From positions 1,504,001 through 1,568,000 of the forward strand of contig OZ241917.1 in assembly GCA_965203805.1 (NCBI GenBank): a DNA stretch of 64,000 nt. Reading direction: 5' to 3'. Under the pieces are notes generated by a model, which saw nothing but the letters and a program-made list of their open reading frames with translations, searched no databases and was not told the origin of the DNA. The translations under genes were made by a program, and so were the position numbers. The stretch is from Candidatus Latescibacterota bacterium. GTDB taxonomy: Bacteria > Latescibacterota > UBA2968 > GCA-2709665. Positions 30,556-40,192 of the stretch are shown here, in pieces. Positions within the stretch are counted from its first letter, which is position 1. Every line of letters starts with the position of its first letter.

Positions 30556-32706
30556 TTGCCGGGGTATACCGAATTGCGGGAACTTTTCGATGAAATAAAA
30601 CCGGTGAATGCGTGTCCCGGCACGGTGGCATGGCTGCGGTTCATCGAAGAAAAGGGCGGCAAGAGCATACGTGCGGCGCTATTCCAAACGAACGCACAGG
30701 GTGAACCTCTGGACTTCTGCTTCACCCGAAGGGTTTGGTCGGATTCTGACGGACAACCCGCGATCGATAAGCCGCAATTCTTGCAATCGCTGGCAAAATC
30801 ACTACTCAAAGCTGTCACCCATGTGCCAACGCTGATTCTCGCTCGGGCTGATGAACTACCTCATGGAGCTATCAACGAAGAATTAAAGGTACAGGGACCC
30901 TTTTGCCGTATAGCAACATCAGGTGTTCCGTCCAATGGCAAATCGGACGACCAGCATATTAAAGGCTTAGAATTGCTTTGGGTCGCGGAAAAGCCCAATC
31001 CGGATACGGAAGCGGGCCAACTTCTCCTGGAGATACTGGACCGCGACAATCCCGCTGAACCTTTCGAACGGGCGACTGCAGGACTGGACGTGGCCTTCCG
31101 CGACGACCGAGTTCATGCTGTCACCGACATTCCTGGTTTGGCCTTTGTAGTCAGCTTGTCTTCATTGCCCGAACGTCCCGAGTATCCCACCCGCGATTCC
31201 CCCCCAATTCGTGGGAACGTCCATAAGGCAAATTCAGGCCCGAAATCCGACGTAACTCTGGCCGAACGCCTGTGGGCCGTTCTTGCCAAACCGCCGGAAC
31301 CCTTACGGACGATCCCGCTGCATTGGGCAGGTGACTTGATGCCCTTTCAGCGGCAGGGCGTTGGTGCATTGTTGAAGAACCGCCGGCTGCTGCTGGCTGA
31401 CGATATGGGTCTGGGCAAAACCGTACAAGCGCTCACAGCCTTACGGATTCTCCGGGCGCGGCGCGAAATCAAATCTTGCTTGATCGCGGCGCCTGCAAGC
31501 GTGCTGAACCAGTGGCGGCGAGAAATCGAAAAGTGGGCGCCTGAGCTTTCCGCCATCATCATCCGGGGTTCGGCATCGGACCGCCGCTGGCAGTGGAATG
31601 CCGAGAAAGAAATATCGCTTGTCAGTTATGATACCCTGAGGTCTGACTTCAGCACCCAATCTCTGTTGGGTCTCAAAAACTGGGACGTGGTCGTAGCAGA
31701 CGAGGCTCAGAGGATCAAGAACCGCAACGATACGAGCGAAGCCCTGAAGGGGTTGAAAAGAAATCGCTCCTGGGCTCTGACCGGCACACCTTTGGAGAAT
31801 CGCGAAGAGGAGTTGGCCTCGATACTGGAGTTCGTTGACTATGACCTCACCGGAGTGGCCAGGCGTTACCGCCCAGGGGCGGAATTGCGGAGGCGACACC
31901 GCGAGTTGCAGGTTCGACGGAAAAAAGCGGAGGTCTTGAAGGACCTTCCAGCCAAGCAGGTCAAGAAGGTCGATATCGAATTGGGACCCCGCCAACGCGA
32001 GAGCTACGATAAGGCCGAACAGGAAGGAATCGTCTACCTGAAGTCTCTTGGCGAGGAAGTCAACGTACGGCACGTGCTTGAGCTCATCACCCGCCTGAAG
32101 CAGATCTGCAACGCCGACCCAAAGACCGGTGAATCCAGCAAGTTGTCGGACATCAAGGACCGCGTCGACCAACTGGCGGCCCAGGGACACAAGACGCTGA
32201 TCTTTTCGCAGTACGTCACCGACCAATCCGGGGTGGGCGCCGTGGCCAACCGTCTCGTAGATTTCAACCCGCTTACCATCACCGGAGACGTGCCTCCGCA
32301 CGAACGAGCGGAAATCATCGAACGCTTCAAAACCAGCAGCGAACACAAAGTGTTGGTATTGTCACTGCGGGCGGGCGGACTGGGATTGAACCTGCAGGAG
32401 GCGTCATACGTGATACACCTGGACCGATGGTGGAACCCCGCCGTAGAAAGTCAGGCCGAAGACCGAAGCCACCGCGTCGGCCAGACAGTCAAGGTTAACG
32501 TCATCAAGTACTCCTGCAACGAAACTATCGAGCAGCGCATTGACGATATTCTCGAGAACAAACGGGAACTGTTCAATCAACTCATCGACGACGTGTCGAT
32601 GGATCTGTCCACCCAGATGAACAGCGATGAACTTTTCGGGCTATTCGGATTGGAACGGCCGCTCGACTCGTGCTTTCATGAAAAGAAAGGACTGGCTCAA
32701 GGGTAG
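30556..32706 (+). CDS. SNF2-family helicase/ATPase with unknown N-terminal domain
   Basis: LADDMGLGKT, DEAQ, LTGTP, GGLGLNL, WWNPA, QAEDRSHRVGQ. Confidence 0.95.
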   Translation: MPGYTELRELFDEIKPVNACPGTVAWLRFIEEKGGKSIRAALFQTNAQGEPLDFCFTRRVWSDSDGQPAIDKPQFLQSLAKSLLKAVTHVPTLILARADELPHGAINEELKVQGPFCRIATSGVPSNGKSDDQHIKGLELLWVAEKPNPDTEAGQLLLEILDRDNPAEPFERATAGLDVAFRDDRVHAVTDIPGLAFVVSLSSLPERPEYPTRDSPPIRGNVHKANSGPKSDVTLAERLWAVLAKPPEPLRTIPLHWAGDLMPFQRQGVGALLKNRRLLLADDMGLGKTVQALTALRILRARREIKSCLIAAPASVLNQWRREIEKWAPELSAIIIRGSASDRRWQWNAEKEISLVSYDTLRSDFSTQSLLGLKNWDVVVADEAQRIKNRNDTSEALKGLKRNRSWALTGTPLENREEELASILEFVDYDLTGVARRYRPGAELRRRHRELQVRRKKAEVLKDLPAKQVKKVDIELGPRQRESYDKAEQEGIVYLKSLGEEVNVRHVLELITRLKQICNADPKTGESSKLSDIKDRVDQLAAQGHKTLIFSQYVTDQSGVGAVANRLVDFNPLTITGDVPPHERAEIIERFKTSSEHKVLVLSLRAGGLGLNLQEASYVIHLDRWWNPAVESQAEDRSHRVGQTVKVNVIKYSCNETIEQRIDDILENKRELFNQLIDDVSMDLSTQMNSDELFGLFGLERPLDSCFHEKKGLAQG

Positions 32707-32952
32707 AGTTGTGATGCGGCGCAGCGTGATTTGTGCCGAGACCGTAGAGCGCGTGACACAACCCTGCGGGGTTTTCGCAGATCCAAGGCAGGGAATCCAC
32801 ACGTACCTGGAGCTTCCTGTGCGAATGTCGCAATTGCACACATTGTGACGCTTAACCCTACCGTTCGGTCAATGCCCTTTTTGCCGTAGAATAATTACGA
32901 ATAGTCCACATAACGCGATTCTCAGACCCTCGATCCAAATGGAGATCTCACC

Positions 32953-33156
32953 CTGCAAGTTCCAACACCACAAGACAAACTCGCCGAATTTGACGCCCGA
33001 TCGTCACGGATCGAGGGGATTGTCGAGCAGATGGATGCACGCTTGAACAGTCTCGAGCAAGGCCAACGTGATTTATTGTCCTGGACTCGATGGCTTTTGG
33101 GAATCCAGATTACAAGCTTGATCACGCTTGGCACGCTCATTTTGATAAAGCTATGA
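32953..33156 (+). CDS. Small coiled-coil protein with C-terminal TM helix (CTG start)
   Basis: GGAG at 32941; ..RIEGIVEQMDARLNSLEQGQRDLLSWTRWLLGIQITSLITLGTLILIKL*; not in the ORF track. Confidence 0.6.
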   Translation: MQVPTPQDKLAEFDARSSRIEGIVEQMDARLNSLEQGQRDLLSWTRWLLGIQITSLITLGTLILIKL

Positions 33157-33354
33157 TCGTGCTTGCACAACCCCAACCGCAGGTTTCCAATTCCGTGAGA
33201 AATGGGTCTCCGGCCACCTTGAAGCGCCTTCTGCATGCACAGCACAGACATCACCGAGCCCCGGACCGACGCGAAACGTAATGACGGGCCGAGCGGAATT
33301 CGGGTTGTCTAGTCATTCGGCCTGCCCCCCGGTTCAACAGGTCCCCTCCGAATT

Positions 33355-33793
33355 TCAAATAAATGAGGCGAATTCGGACGCTTTCAACATTGCCACCGGT
33401 TTGCCTGCGTCTTCTTGAAGCTTGTCCAATGCCTGCCTGAAGTTTTCGCCCGGGGTCGTCCCCGTCGAGACGATCAGTCCCTCACTTGCGTGTTCATATT
33501 GCTGAAACGGTCTTCTGATATCTTCGATCGCGCGCGTATTGTAAATCTCCCCTTCGAAGGATTTGACCTGAACAACCAGCGCATCTCGGTGAACCAATCG
33601 GGGGATTGAACCGAATTCGAAATCCACTATCAAGTCGGCCCCGTAATCACGAGCGCCTCCTTGTCGTTTCACAGCCCTAACGCCGGGAACGCTTTGAAAT
33701 ACCTTCTTAACGAGAGGTTCAAGATCCCTGTTTGGATGTGTGCGGCTGATTTTATGTGAGATTTCTTTGAGAAGAGGTTGAATCTGCTCGGAA
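33355..33793 (-). pseudogene. 5'-truncated Mrr-like PD-(D/E)xK restriction endonuclease
   Basis: HPNRDLEPLV..DYGADL..VQVK; frame stays open up to the repeat junction at 33794. Confidence 0.8.
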
Positions 33794-34438
33794 AGATAGT
33801 CGTGCAGGCGGGTTCAAGGGTGGATGGCGTGAACGGAGACGGCGCGCCGGTACGTCTGGCGCTCAAGTTCGGATATCCCGACTCGGCGGCCACCCTGGTG
33901 CGTCTCGGGGCGGAGGTGAAAACCGTAGCAATGGCCGCAGGACTGGGCCGCTTGGACCTGACGAAGGAATTCGTGAACAAGCGTGGCGCATCTGAGCCCG
34001 ATCTGGCGTCAGCGTTTGAGGATGCCTGCCGGTTCGGACGGACGGAGATCGCCGAATACCTTCTGTCACGGGGCGCCAACGTGGACGGACAGGGCACGTG
34101 GGATATGACGGGCCTGATGTGGGCCGCTTCGCAGGGACATCTCGACACCATGTCACTGATCCTGGACCGCGGCCCGTCCCTCGAATTGAGGAACGAGTTC
34201 GGCGGCACCGCGATGGGCACGACCCTGCACTTCGCGATCAATTCGCCGAACCCCGGGGCGGACTATCCAGCCGTGATCGACATGCTGCTTGAGGCAGGAT
34301 TGGAATACGAGGGGTCCAGGAAGGGAACGGGGCTGAATCATATCGACGCCGTGCTTCGCCGGCACGGTCGGATCGACTGAACCGGCAATCCACCGAACAG
34401 TATCACAAAAACAAGGCGCGGCCATCATGGCGGCGCCT
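33794..34438 (+). pseudogene. Direct repeat copy 2: 3' half of the ankyrin gene (stop at 34380) plus 3' flank
   Basis: Near-identical to 26651-27295. Confidence 0.93.
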
Positions 34439-34479
34439 TTTCCTTTTAGACTGGAGACAGAGCCAGTCGGGCGAATTCT

Positions 34480-35150
34480 TGCGCTGAGCCTGTTAAAGGG
34501 TCGGGGAATGGATACGAAGCGCGGCATTTCGACAAGCTCAATGAACGCGCTTCTTACCGCCAGGGAAAAGGCGCACGGGTCTCGGATGCATCTCACGGAG
34601 GGTTGCCGGCCAGCATGTCACCCTAGACGACGTACAAAATCCGTATCGATACGTGGTCATTGCTTGCGTTGAGCCTGTCGAAACGGCTTGTCGAAATGCC
34701 CGTATTACAGAGTCCCATCGACATGCACGCCGCCTCGGCAAGACCTTCTGGGCGCTAACGTGCCGCCTTTAAGGCTCGGGACACGTTCAAATCACGCTGG
34801 TGTGAACCGATGCCGCAGCAGATCCTTCGTCAGCCGGCCTGCCAATGATGCTCCGGCAGGCCCGACCGCTTCTTCAGGATGACAGTTTGGGCTAACGAAT
34901 GACAGATTCATTTCAACGATGGCTATTGCAAAACATGTCATTCTGAGCGGAGCGAAGAATCTCCCGTCTTCTCAGCTTGACGTGCGGCGGAAGCCTTCAC
35001 CGGCCCATATGCGCGGAGGCCTGGTCTCCCTGCCGGCGTCCTCACAGTCCGGGCGCACGTCGGCAGACAGGAATGTCTGCCTGCCTGCGCAGCGAACCGC
35101 GCTGCAGGCAGGCCCCACCCTTTCAACGGCTTCTTCAGAATGACAGTTCA
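34480..35150. repeat. Intergenic cluster of REP-like repeats
   Basis: TTCGACA(A/G)GCTCA types, GTCATTCTGAGCGGAGCGAAGAATCT (34937), TTCTTCAG(G/A)ATGACAGTT twice, GGCAGACA-GGAA-TGTCTGCC hairpin. Confidence 0.7.
35080..35112. repeat. Hairpin element, 33 bp, inside a REP-like palindrome
   Basis: CCTGCCTGCGCAGCGAACCGCGCTGCAGGCAGG. Confidence 0.9.
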
Positions 35151-35172
35151 GCGAGCGAGCGGCGGATTGACT

Positions 35173-35556
35173 CTACGTCTGCATGATCTGGATGAGATTG
35201 CCGCACGTATCGTCGAAGATCGCCAGCATAACTTCCTGATATTTGGTGGGTTCCATCGAAAACGAGACGTCGAGCGCCTTCAATCGCTCAAACTCGGCTT
35301 GAATATCCTCAACGCCGAACGACGCAGCCGGGATCCCCTGTTCGAAGAGTCCCTTTTGATATGTCTTTGCGACCTGATTTTCGTTCGGTTCGAGCAAGAG
35401 CTCGGGACCGTCGGGGTTATCGGGCGAGACGACAGTGAGCCACTTGAACTCCCCGACCGGAACGTCATGCTTTTTCACAAAACCAAGCGTTTCCGTATAG
35501 AACTTCAGGGCATTGTCCTGGTCTTCCACAAATACACCGGTAAGTACGATTTCCAT
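35173..35556 (-). CDS. VOC family protein
   Basis: VEDQDNALKFYTETLGF, FDDTCGNLIQ; start MEIVLT. Confidence 0.92.
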   Translation of the reverse strand: MEIVLTGVFVEDQDNALKFYTETLGFVKKHDVPVGEFKWLTVVSPDNPDGPELLLEPNENQVAKTYQKGLFEQGIPAASFGVEDIQAEFERLKALDVSFSMEPTKYQEVMLAIFDDTCGNLIQIMQT

Positions 35557-35661
35557 ATTGTCATTTCCCCTTGTTATCAGACGGTTTCGGGAACGGATGT
35601 TGCGCAGACGCATGATCGTTTTCCGACAGCATTGATAAATGATCGGCCTCTACTGTAATTC

Positions 35662-36543
35662 TCACGCGGCCATGAAGTCGGCAAAAGAACACCCCTTCGG
35701 ATGACAGTAGTTGTATTTGAAGTACGACCTGAATCCAATTTTTCGGTAGACCGGCTCTCCCATCGTCGATGCTTGAAGTACGGCAATTCTGTACCCCATT
35801 TGGCGAGCGTCCCTCATTGGCGCCAACGTCATTGCGGTTCCATTTCCCTTCCTTCTATGCTCCGGCGAAACTTCCACCTGATAGATTCCCGCAACCCCGG
35901 ATGACAGAAACATCATCGAAGTACCGACCGCTACCCCGTCGATCCTCCCCACATAAAGCCTTACCTCAGGCGAATGAATGAGACCCTTGAACATCCCGAA
36001 TTCGAATAGCGTGAAGAAGGACAACCATTCGCGCAGTGCCTTGTCATCACCCACCCGTTCTATTCTGAGGTCGAGCGGAAATGGACGCACTCCATTCATC
36101 GCATCCAGTTCCATGGCCATTCCGGGAGGATTGTGATCCATCGCCACGAAGCCATTTCTCAAGAGTTCGTTTCTCAAATTCGCCGGATGTGCTTTCGGAC
36201 CGAACTTGAGAAGCGGTGGCAGCTCCCTTTGCTCGATACCCTCGCGAATACGTTGGATACGTTTCTTGAGCATCGCTTCGTGGAAGCGCGGTTCGACCAG
36301 GTAATTCGGCCACCACGGTTTGCCGATGACGCCGGTGTAATCTTCTTCTCTCAGGATCGTCTTACCGCCCAATTCCGCGGCGAAGAGGAACAGATCGATG
36401 TTGTTCTGCTCGATCGCAGCAATGACAGCGGAATCCGAAGAATCATTCAACACATCTGGCATCTTGGAATCTATCTCGATCGATCCTGTGGTGGGTAATG
36501 TGACCTTGGTCGCATTGCAGTGCGTCGTGGCCGATTGAGCCAC
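35662..36543 (-). CDS. GNAT acetyltransferase
   Basis: VSPEHRRKGNG, LQASTMGEPVYRKIGF. Confidence 0.88.
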   Translation of the reverse strand: MAQSATTHCNATKVTLPTTGSIEIDSKMPDVLNDSSDSAVIAAIEQNNIDLFLFAAELGGKTILREEDYTGVIGKPWWPNYLVEPRFHEAMLKKRIQRIREGIEQRELPPLLKFGPKAHPANLRNELLRNGFVAMDHNPPGMAMELDAMNGVRPFPLDLRIERVGDDKALREWLSFFTLFEFGMFKGLIHSPEVRLYVGRIDGVAVGTSMMFLSSGVAGIYQVEVSPEHRRKGNGTAMTLAPMRDARQMGYRIAVLQASTMGEPVYRKIGFRSYFKYNYCHPKGCSFADFMAA

Positions 36544-36546
36544 TCC

Positions 36547-36975
36547 TTAATCGAGCCTTAACTGCGAACCTATTTCTGCCAGACTCTCCTTATCTGCCTC
36601 CAAATGTGACGAGCCAAACTCGATGTTCCCCTTGTTCAGAATGTAGCGGGCAGACGTAACGTCCATATCTTCGTGCATTGGAAAGACATGCCCGTGCGCG
36701 TGGGGCACGCCACTTCCGGCGTAGACAAATGCAATTCGTTCTACCCCGTAGATGGCTTTCATTCTTCTGGCGAGGCGCTGGCCAAGTGCCATGATTCGTG
36801 CCGCGAGGTCACCGGGAACCTCGTCGAACGAATCGAAATGAACCCTGGGGATGATCAGGGTATGACCGTCTCGTATGGGCCTGGCGTCCAGAAACGCGAC
36901 AATCTCGGAATCCTCCCATACGATTACCGCTTCTGCGTTTCCGTTGGCAATTTCGCAAAAAGGACACACCGTCAC
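36547..36975 (-). CDS. HIT family hydrolase
   Basis: CPFC, GHTLIIP, VPHAHGH. Confidence 0.92.
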   Translation of the reverse strand: MTVCPFCEIANGNAEAVIVWEDSEIVAFLDARPIRDGHTLIIPRVHFDSFDEVPGDLAARIMALGQRLARRMKAIYGVERIAFVYAGSGVPHAHGHVFPMHEDMDVTSARYILNKGNIEFGSSHLEADKESLAEIGSQLRLD

Positions 36976-37107
36976 AATATCCTCAATCTGGCAGTTGTCC
37001 CACTGTTGACGGAATGTGTCACTGACACCGGCCTGAATTTATCCAATCTCCGATCCATTGGCAATACCAGCCGCGGTCTGCGGGTCCCGATAACCCGGTC
37101 AGGGCAT

Positions 37108-37515
37108 TCATCGCGGCTCGGTTTGAATTGTCTTTGAGATGATCGATTGCAGATCCGGTTCGCTAAACCGGTCCGACTTCAACACTTTGCCGTCCTCCCT
37201 GTATATCGGTTTACCGTGCTTGTCGAGTTTACTCATGTTGCTCCGGTGGACTTCGTCAAAGAGCGCTTCAGCGATATCGTGCAGTCCATGGGTGATGAAT
37301 GTGCCCAGGAGTACGTAGAGCAAATCGGTAAGGGAGTCCGCGATCTCGACGATGTCCCGGTCTTGTACGGCCACTCGATATTCCTCCAGTTCTTCCAGGA
37401 GCATCTTGACCCGCCATTCGCTCAACTCCGCGGGTACTTTTGCGGTAGGCGTGCGCTCTACGTGCGCCCCGAACACCTCATGAAATCTCCTCACGCTATC
37501 GAGTTGATCTTTCAC
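37108..37515 (-). CDS. MazG-like (PRA-PH) nucleoside-triphosphate pyrophosphohydrolase
   Basis: EELEEY..EIADSLTDLLY, EVHRSNMSK, REDGKVLK. Confidence 0.9.
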   Translation of the reverse strand: MKDQLDSVRRFHEVFGAHVERTPTAKVPAELSEWRVKMLLEELEEYRVAVQDRDIVEIADSLTDLLYVLLGTFITHGLHDIAEALFDEVHRSNMSKLDKHGKPIYREDGKVLKSDRFSEPDLQSIISKTIQTEPR

Positions 37516-37677
37516 ACGGATTCTCCCAAAGGCTCTGCCTCAAATGTTGTCGGAATGTCCATTGTCCCGCGAACCCAATGACTGACGTCCTGGCTGATTG
37601 GGCGAGCGTGAATCCTCTCAGCCGCAGCGCAAACCCACATGGCTCGCCGAATGTGGAATCGCCAGTCGGAGCTTCGA

Positions 37678-38472
37678 CTAAAGCGATTGTCGACGCTTCA
37701 GCAGGAAGATCATTTCGGGCGCGTTCGGCCCTATCGGCTTCCTGTCAAACGACCCGAATTCCCCCACGGTCTCGAGACCGGCGGCGTGGAAAAGCGCTTT
37801 GAGATGAGGATAGGTGTACACGCTCATCCTGAATGGCTCTTCTTCCTCGGACACGACCCGGCCGCCTTCATACAGCCTGAAGATAAACCGCCCGGCGAAA
37901 CCCATGTTGACCGGATCGAATCCATCTTTGACGAAGAATCTCCGGATGGTCCGACCGGTCCCGTCGCCGTCAGGCCATTCCAGTTCCAGGTGTTCCTCGC
38001 CGTCGCCGGATTGAAGCTTGTCGAAGCGGGGATTGAACACGTCAAACGCGAGGACGCCTCCATCCTTCAGGTGTCTCCCGGCGTTTGTCAGCGCCGCCAG
38101 TTGATCTTCCACGGTGTACATATGCTGCATGGGTCTGAATGGAATCACGACCAGGGGGAATTGATCTCCAAGACAAAGGGTCCTGAAATCACCCTCGACA
38201 ACTCGTACCCTGCGTCTGAGACCTGCAGGTTCTTTGGCGAGCTTTGCACGCAGAGCCTCCAACATCGCGCGAGAAGCATCCAGCCCCGTGACGTCAACAC
38301 CCTGCCGCGCAAGCGGCAACGTGATTCTGCCGGTCCCGCAGCCCAGCTCCAGGACAGGCCCGCCATATTCCCCGGCCAGGTCCAGATAGAAGTCTCTGTC
38401 AACCAGATCTACCTTCGTACTGTATGCGGCGTCGTAGTGCTTCGCCGCCAGACTGTAGGCATCATCAATCAT
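37678..38472 (-). CDS. Class I SAM-dependent methyltransferase
   Basis: VLELGCGTGR. Confidence 0.92.
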   Translation of the reverse strand: MIDDAYSLAAKHYDAAYSTKVDLVDRDFYLDLAGEYGGPVLELGCGTGRITLPLARQGVDVTGLDASRAMLEALRAKLAKEPAGLRRRVRVVEGDFRTLCLGDQFPLVVIPFRPMQHMYTVEDQLAALTNAGRHLKDGGVLAFDVFNPRFDKLQSGDGEEHLELEWPDGDGTGRTIRRFFVKDGFDPVNMGFAGRFIFRLYEGGRVVSEEEEPFRMSVYTYPHLKALFHAAGLETVGEFGSFDRKPIGPNAPEMIFLLKRRQSL

Positions 38473-39302
38473 CGCGAGGTTCCGATCGCCTTCTCCGGAC
38501 CAACCAGTTTCTCCGTCAATTCGATCGCTGACTGGTAAGCATCCGCAAGGAATTCGGATGGAGCTTGAGCGCTATTCTGGGGAACCGCCTCAATTATAAT
38601 CGGTCCCTGACGGGATTCGGAATATGCTCTCGAAACGGCATCCCAATCGACAATTCCCCTCATCGGCAACCAGTGAACGTCGCCATGGCCGTCCGTATCC
38701 GAGAAGTGGGTCGTGAGAAGACGATGTGCCCATTTCTCGAGCACGGCGCCGGGAGCATCGGAATACAGGAAGTCGTGTGAACTATCGTAGCACAAGCCGA
38801 GGTTCGCCAGGGGAAGCTCAGTCAAAATGAAATCAACGCGATTGGGCACCCTTGTATTCTCCAGAGCCAGCGCGACCCCGCACTTTGCCGCCTCCTCGCC
38901 CAACCGCCGGAGAATCTCCAGGCCTTCCTCACAAGGCGGAGGCGGCGATGGCCCCTTCGTTACGTGAAGCACGATGCGGGAAATGGAATGCCGGCTGCAG
39001 TACTCAATCAGCCTGAGATGTTCGTCTGCCAGCCGGTCCCGTTCGCTGGGCCGATCGGACCAGAGAGCATTCGCGTTGTCGTATGGCGCGTGGACGTGAT
39101 CGACGGCGAGCCCGGCATCTGCGGCCATTCCCGGCATTTCGTGGGCACGACCCGATGCAACCAGGGGTTCTTTGTTGCCCATCCACAGAGATGTGTGACT
39201 GAAACCACTCTGCCTGATCAGACTCAAGCGTTCAGCCAGAGGCAGGTCGTAGCCGAACCAGGAAAATATGCCGAGAGGGGCCAGGGCGGCAAAAGTCGTC
39301 AT
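38469..39302 (-). CDS. Sugar-phosphate isomerase/epimerase (AP-endonuclease-2 TIM barrel) family
   Basis: HVHAP, ALEN, YDSSH, THFSD..DVH; start MTTFAA. Confidence 0.88.
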   Translation of the reverse strand: MTTFAALAPLGIFSWFGYDLPLAERLSLIRQSGFSHTSLWMGNKEPLVASGRAHEMPGMAADAGLAVDHVHAPYDNANALWSDRPSERDRLADEHLRLIEYCSRHSISRIVLHVTKGPSPPPPCEEGLEILRRLGEEAAKCGVALALENTRVPNRVDFILTELPLANLGLCYDSSHDFLYSDAPGAVLEKWAHRLLTTHFSDTDGHGDVHWLPMRGIVDWDAVSRAYSESRQGPIIIEAVPQNSAQAPSEFLADAYQSAIELTEKLVGPEKAIGTSR

Positions 39303-39363
39303 GGATAATTCATCTCTTGATGTTGTACCAAAGGTGAGTTCCGACCGCCCCGGACGCCGGGCG

Positions 39364-39456
39364 CCTGCCTGCGCAGCGTACTGCCTGCCTGTGCGGAGCA
39401 CGCCTGCCTGCGCAGTGCCCTGCGCTGCAGGCAGGCAGACAGGCGCTGCAGGCAGG
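39364..39456. repeat. Three nested hairpin elements (33+27+33 bp) inside a GTAG-type REP
   Basis: Outer 39364-39456, middle 39384-39443, inner 39403-39435. Confidence 0.9.
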
Positions 39457-39565
39457 CCCACAACGGACGCCCCTACAAGTTGGTGAAGAGCGATTCTGTA
39501 AGGAGTATCGCGACGGGTCAACGAGTAGCCGGACATGGGTTTGTTCGCCCGTCGTGACGCTTCTG

Positions 39566-40107
39566 CTATTTGCGGCGCTGTCCCGCAATATACAGGCGTA
39601 GCGCTTTGATCGCCGGAAGATCTACATCTCTCACGGGTGCGCCAGCGTGGTGTTTGTGGAAGTTGACCTTCTCGTCAAGCTGGGCTTCAGCGCTGAGGAT
39701 CGGACAGGATAGGTCGCCCAGTTGCCCCTCCGGCGCACAAAAGGCTCCAGGCGAATACGGCCAGAGGCTACGACGTCTCCGGATTGAGTCCGTTGGAGTA
39801 ACCCAAAACTGACATATTGATCGAGTTTGCAAAACCCAATGTGTTCTTCGGGATGCCGGACTTCCTGTTGGGTATACCCCAACGCACAAAGACAGGCAGA
39901 CACGTCCGGCGCATCTGTCTTCCAAATCGCCCAATCGGCGTCGCCGTGGACGCGCGAGACTTCGTCGAGCAGAAAATCCAGAGCCCAACCCCCGCCAAGC
40001 CAGTGTGGGACCGAACGGGCTTTCAATGCCACATGAATCTCCCTGATCAGCCCAAGCTGGACAGAATTCGGGTCGGCCAGACACTCGATATCTACAGATT
40101 CAGACAT
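39566..40107 (-). pseudogene. ANT(2'')/lincosamide-type nucleotidyltransferase, probable frameshift
   Basis: WLGGGWALD..SRVHGDAD in one frame; C-terminal PGAF..CPILSAEAQL..K in another; switch near 39765. Confidence 0.7.
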
Positions 40108-40192
40108 GGGTCAAGCTCATGGAATATAAATTAACTCAATACGCCGAACCAGATGCCGCAATGCCATGTGCTGTGCCCATCAGATTTCCTCC

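Noticed and set aside
27487-32706. Calling the operon BREX or Shango
   Set aside because: No PglX or PglZ, no recognisable TerB-like protein, and the helicase is SNF2-type.
33432-33439. CCTGCCTG as another hairpin element
   Set aside because: No CAGGCAGG partner nearby; it encodes normal residues of the nuclease remnant.
39303-39536. Long N-terminal extension of the 355-aa ORF
   Set aside because: It is translated nested hairpin/REP sequence; the real start is likely 39302.
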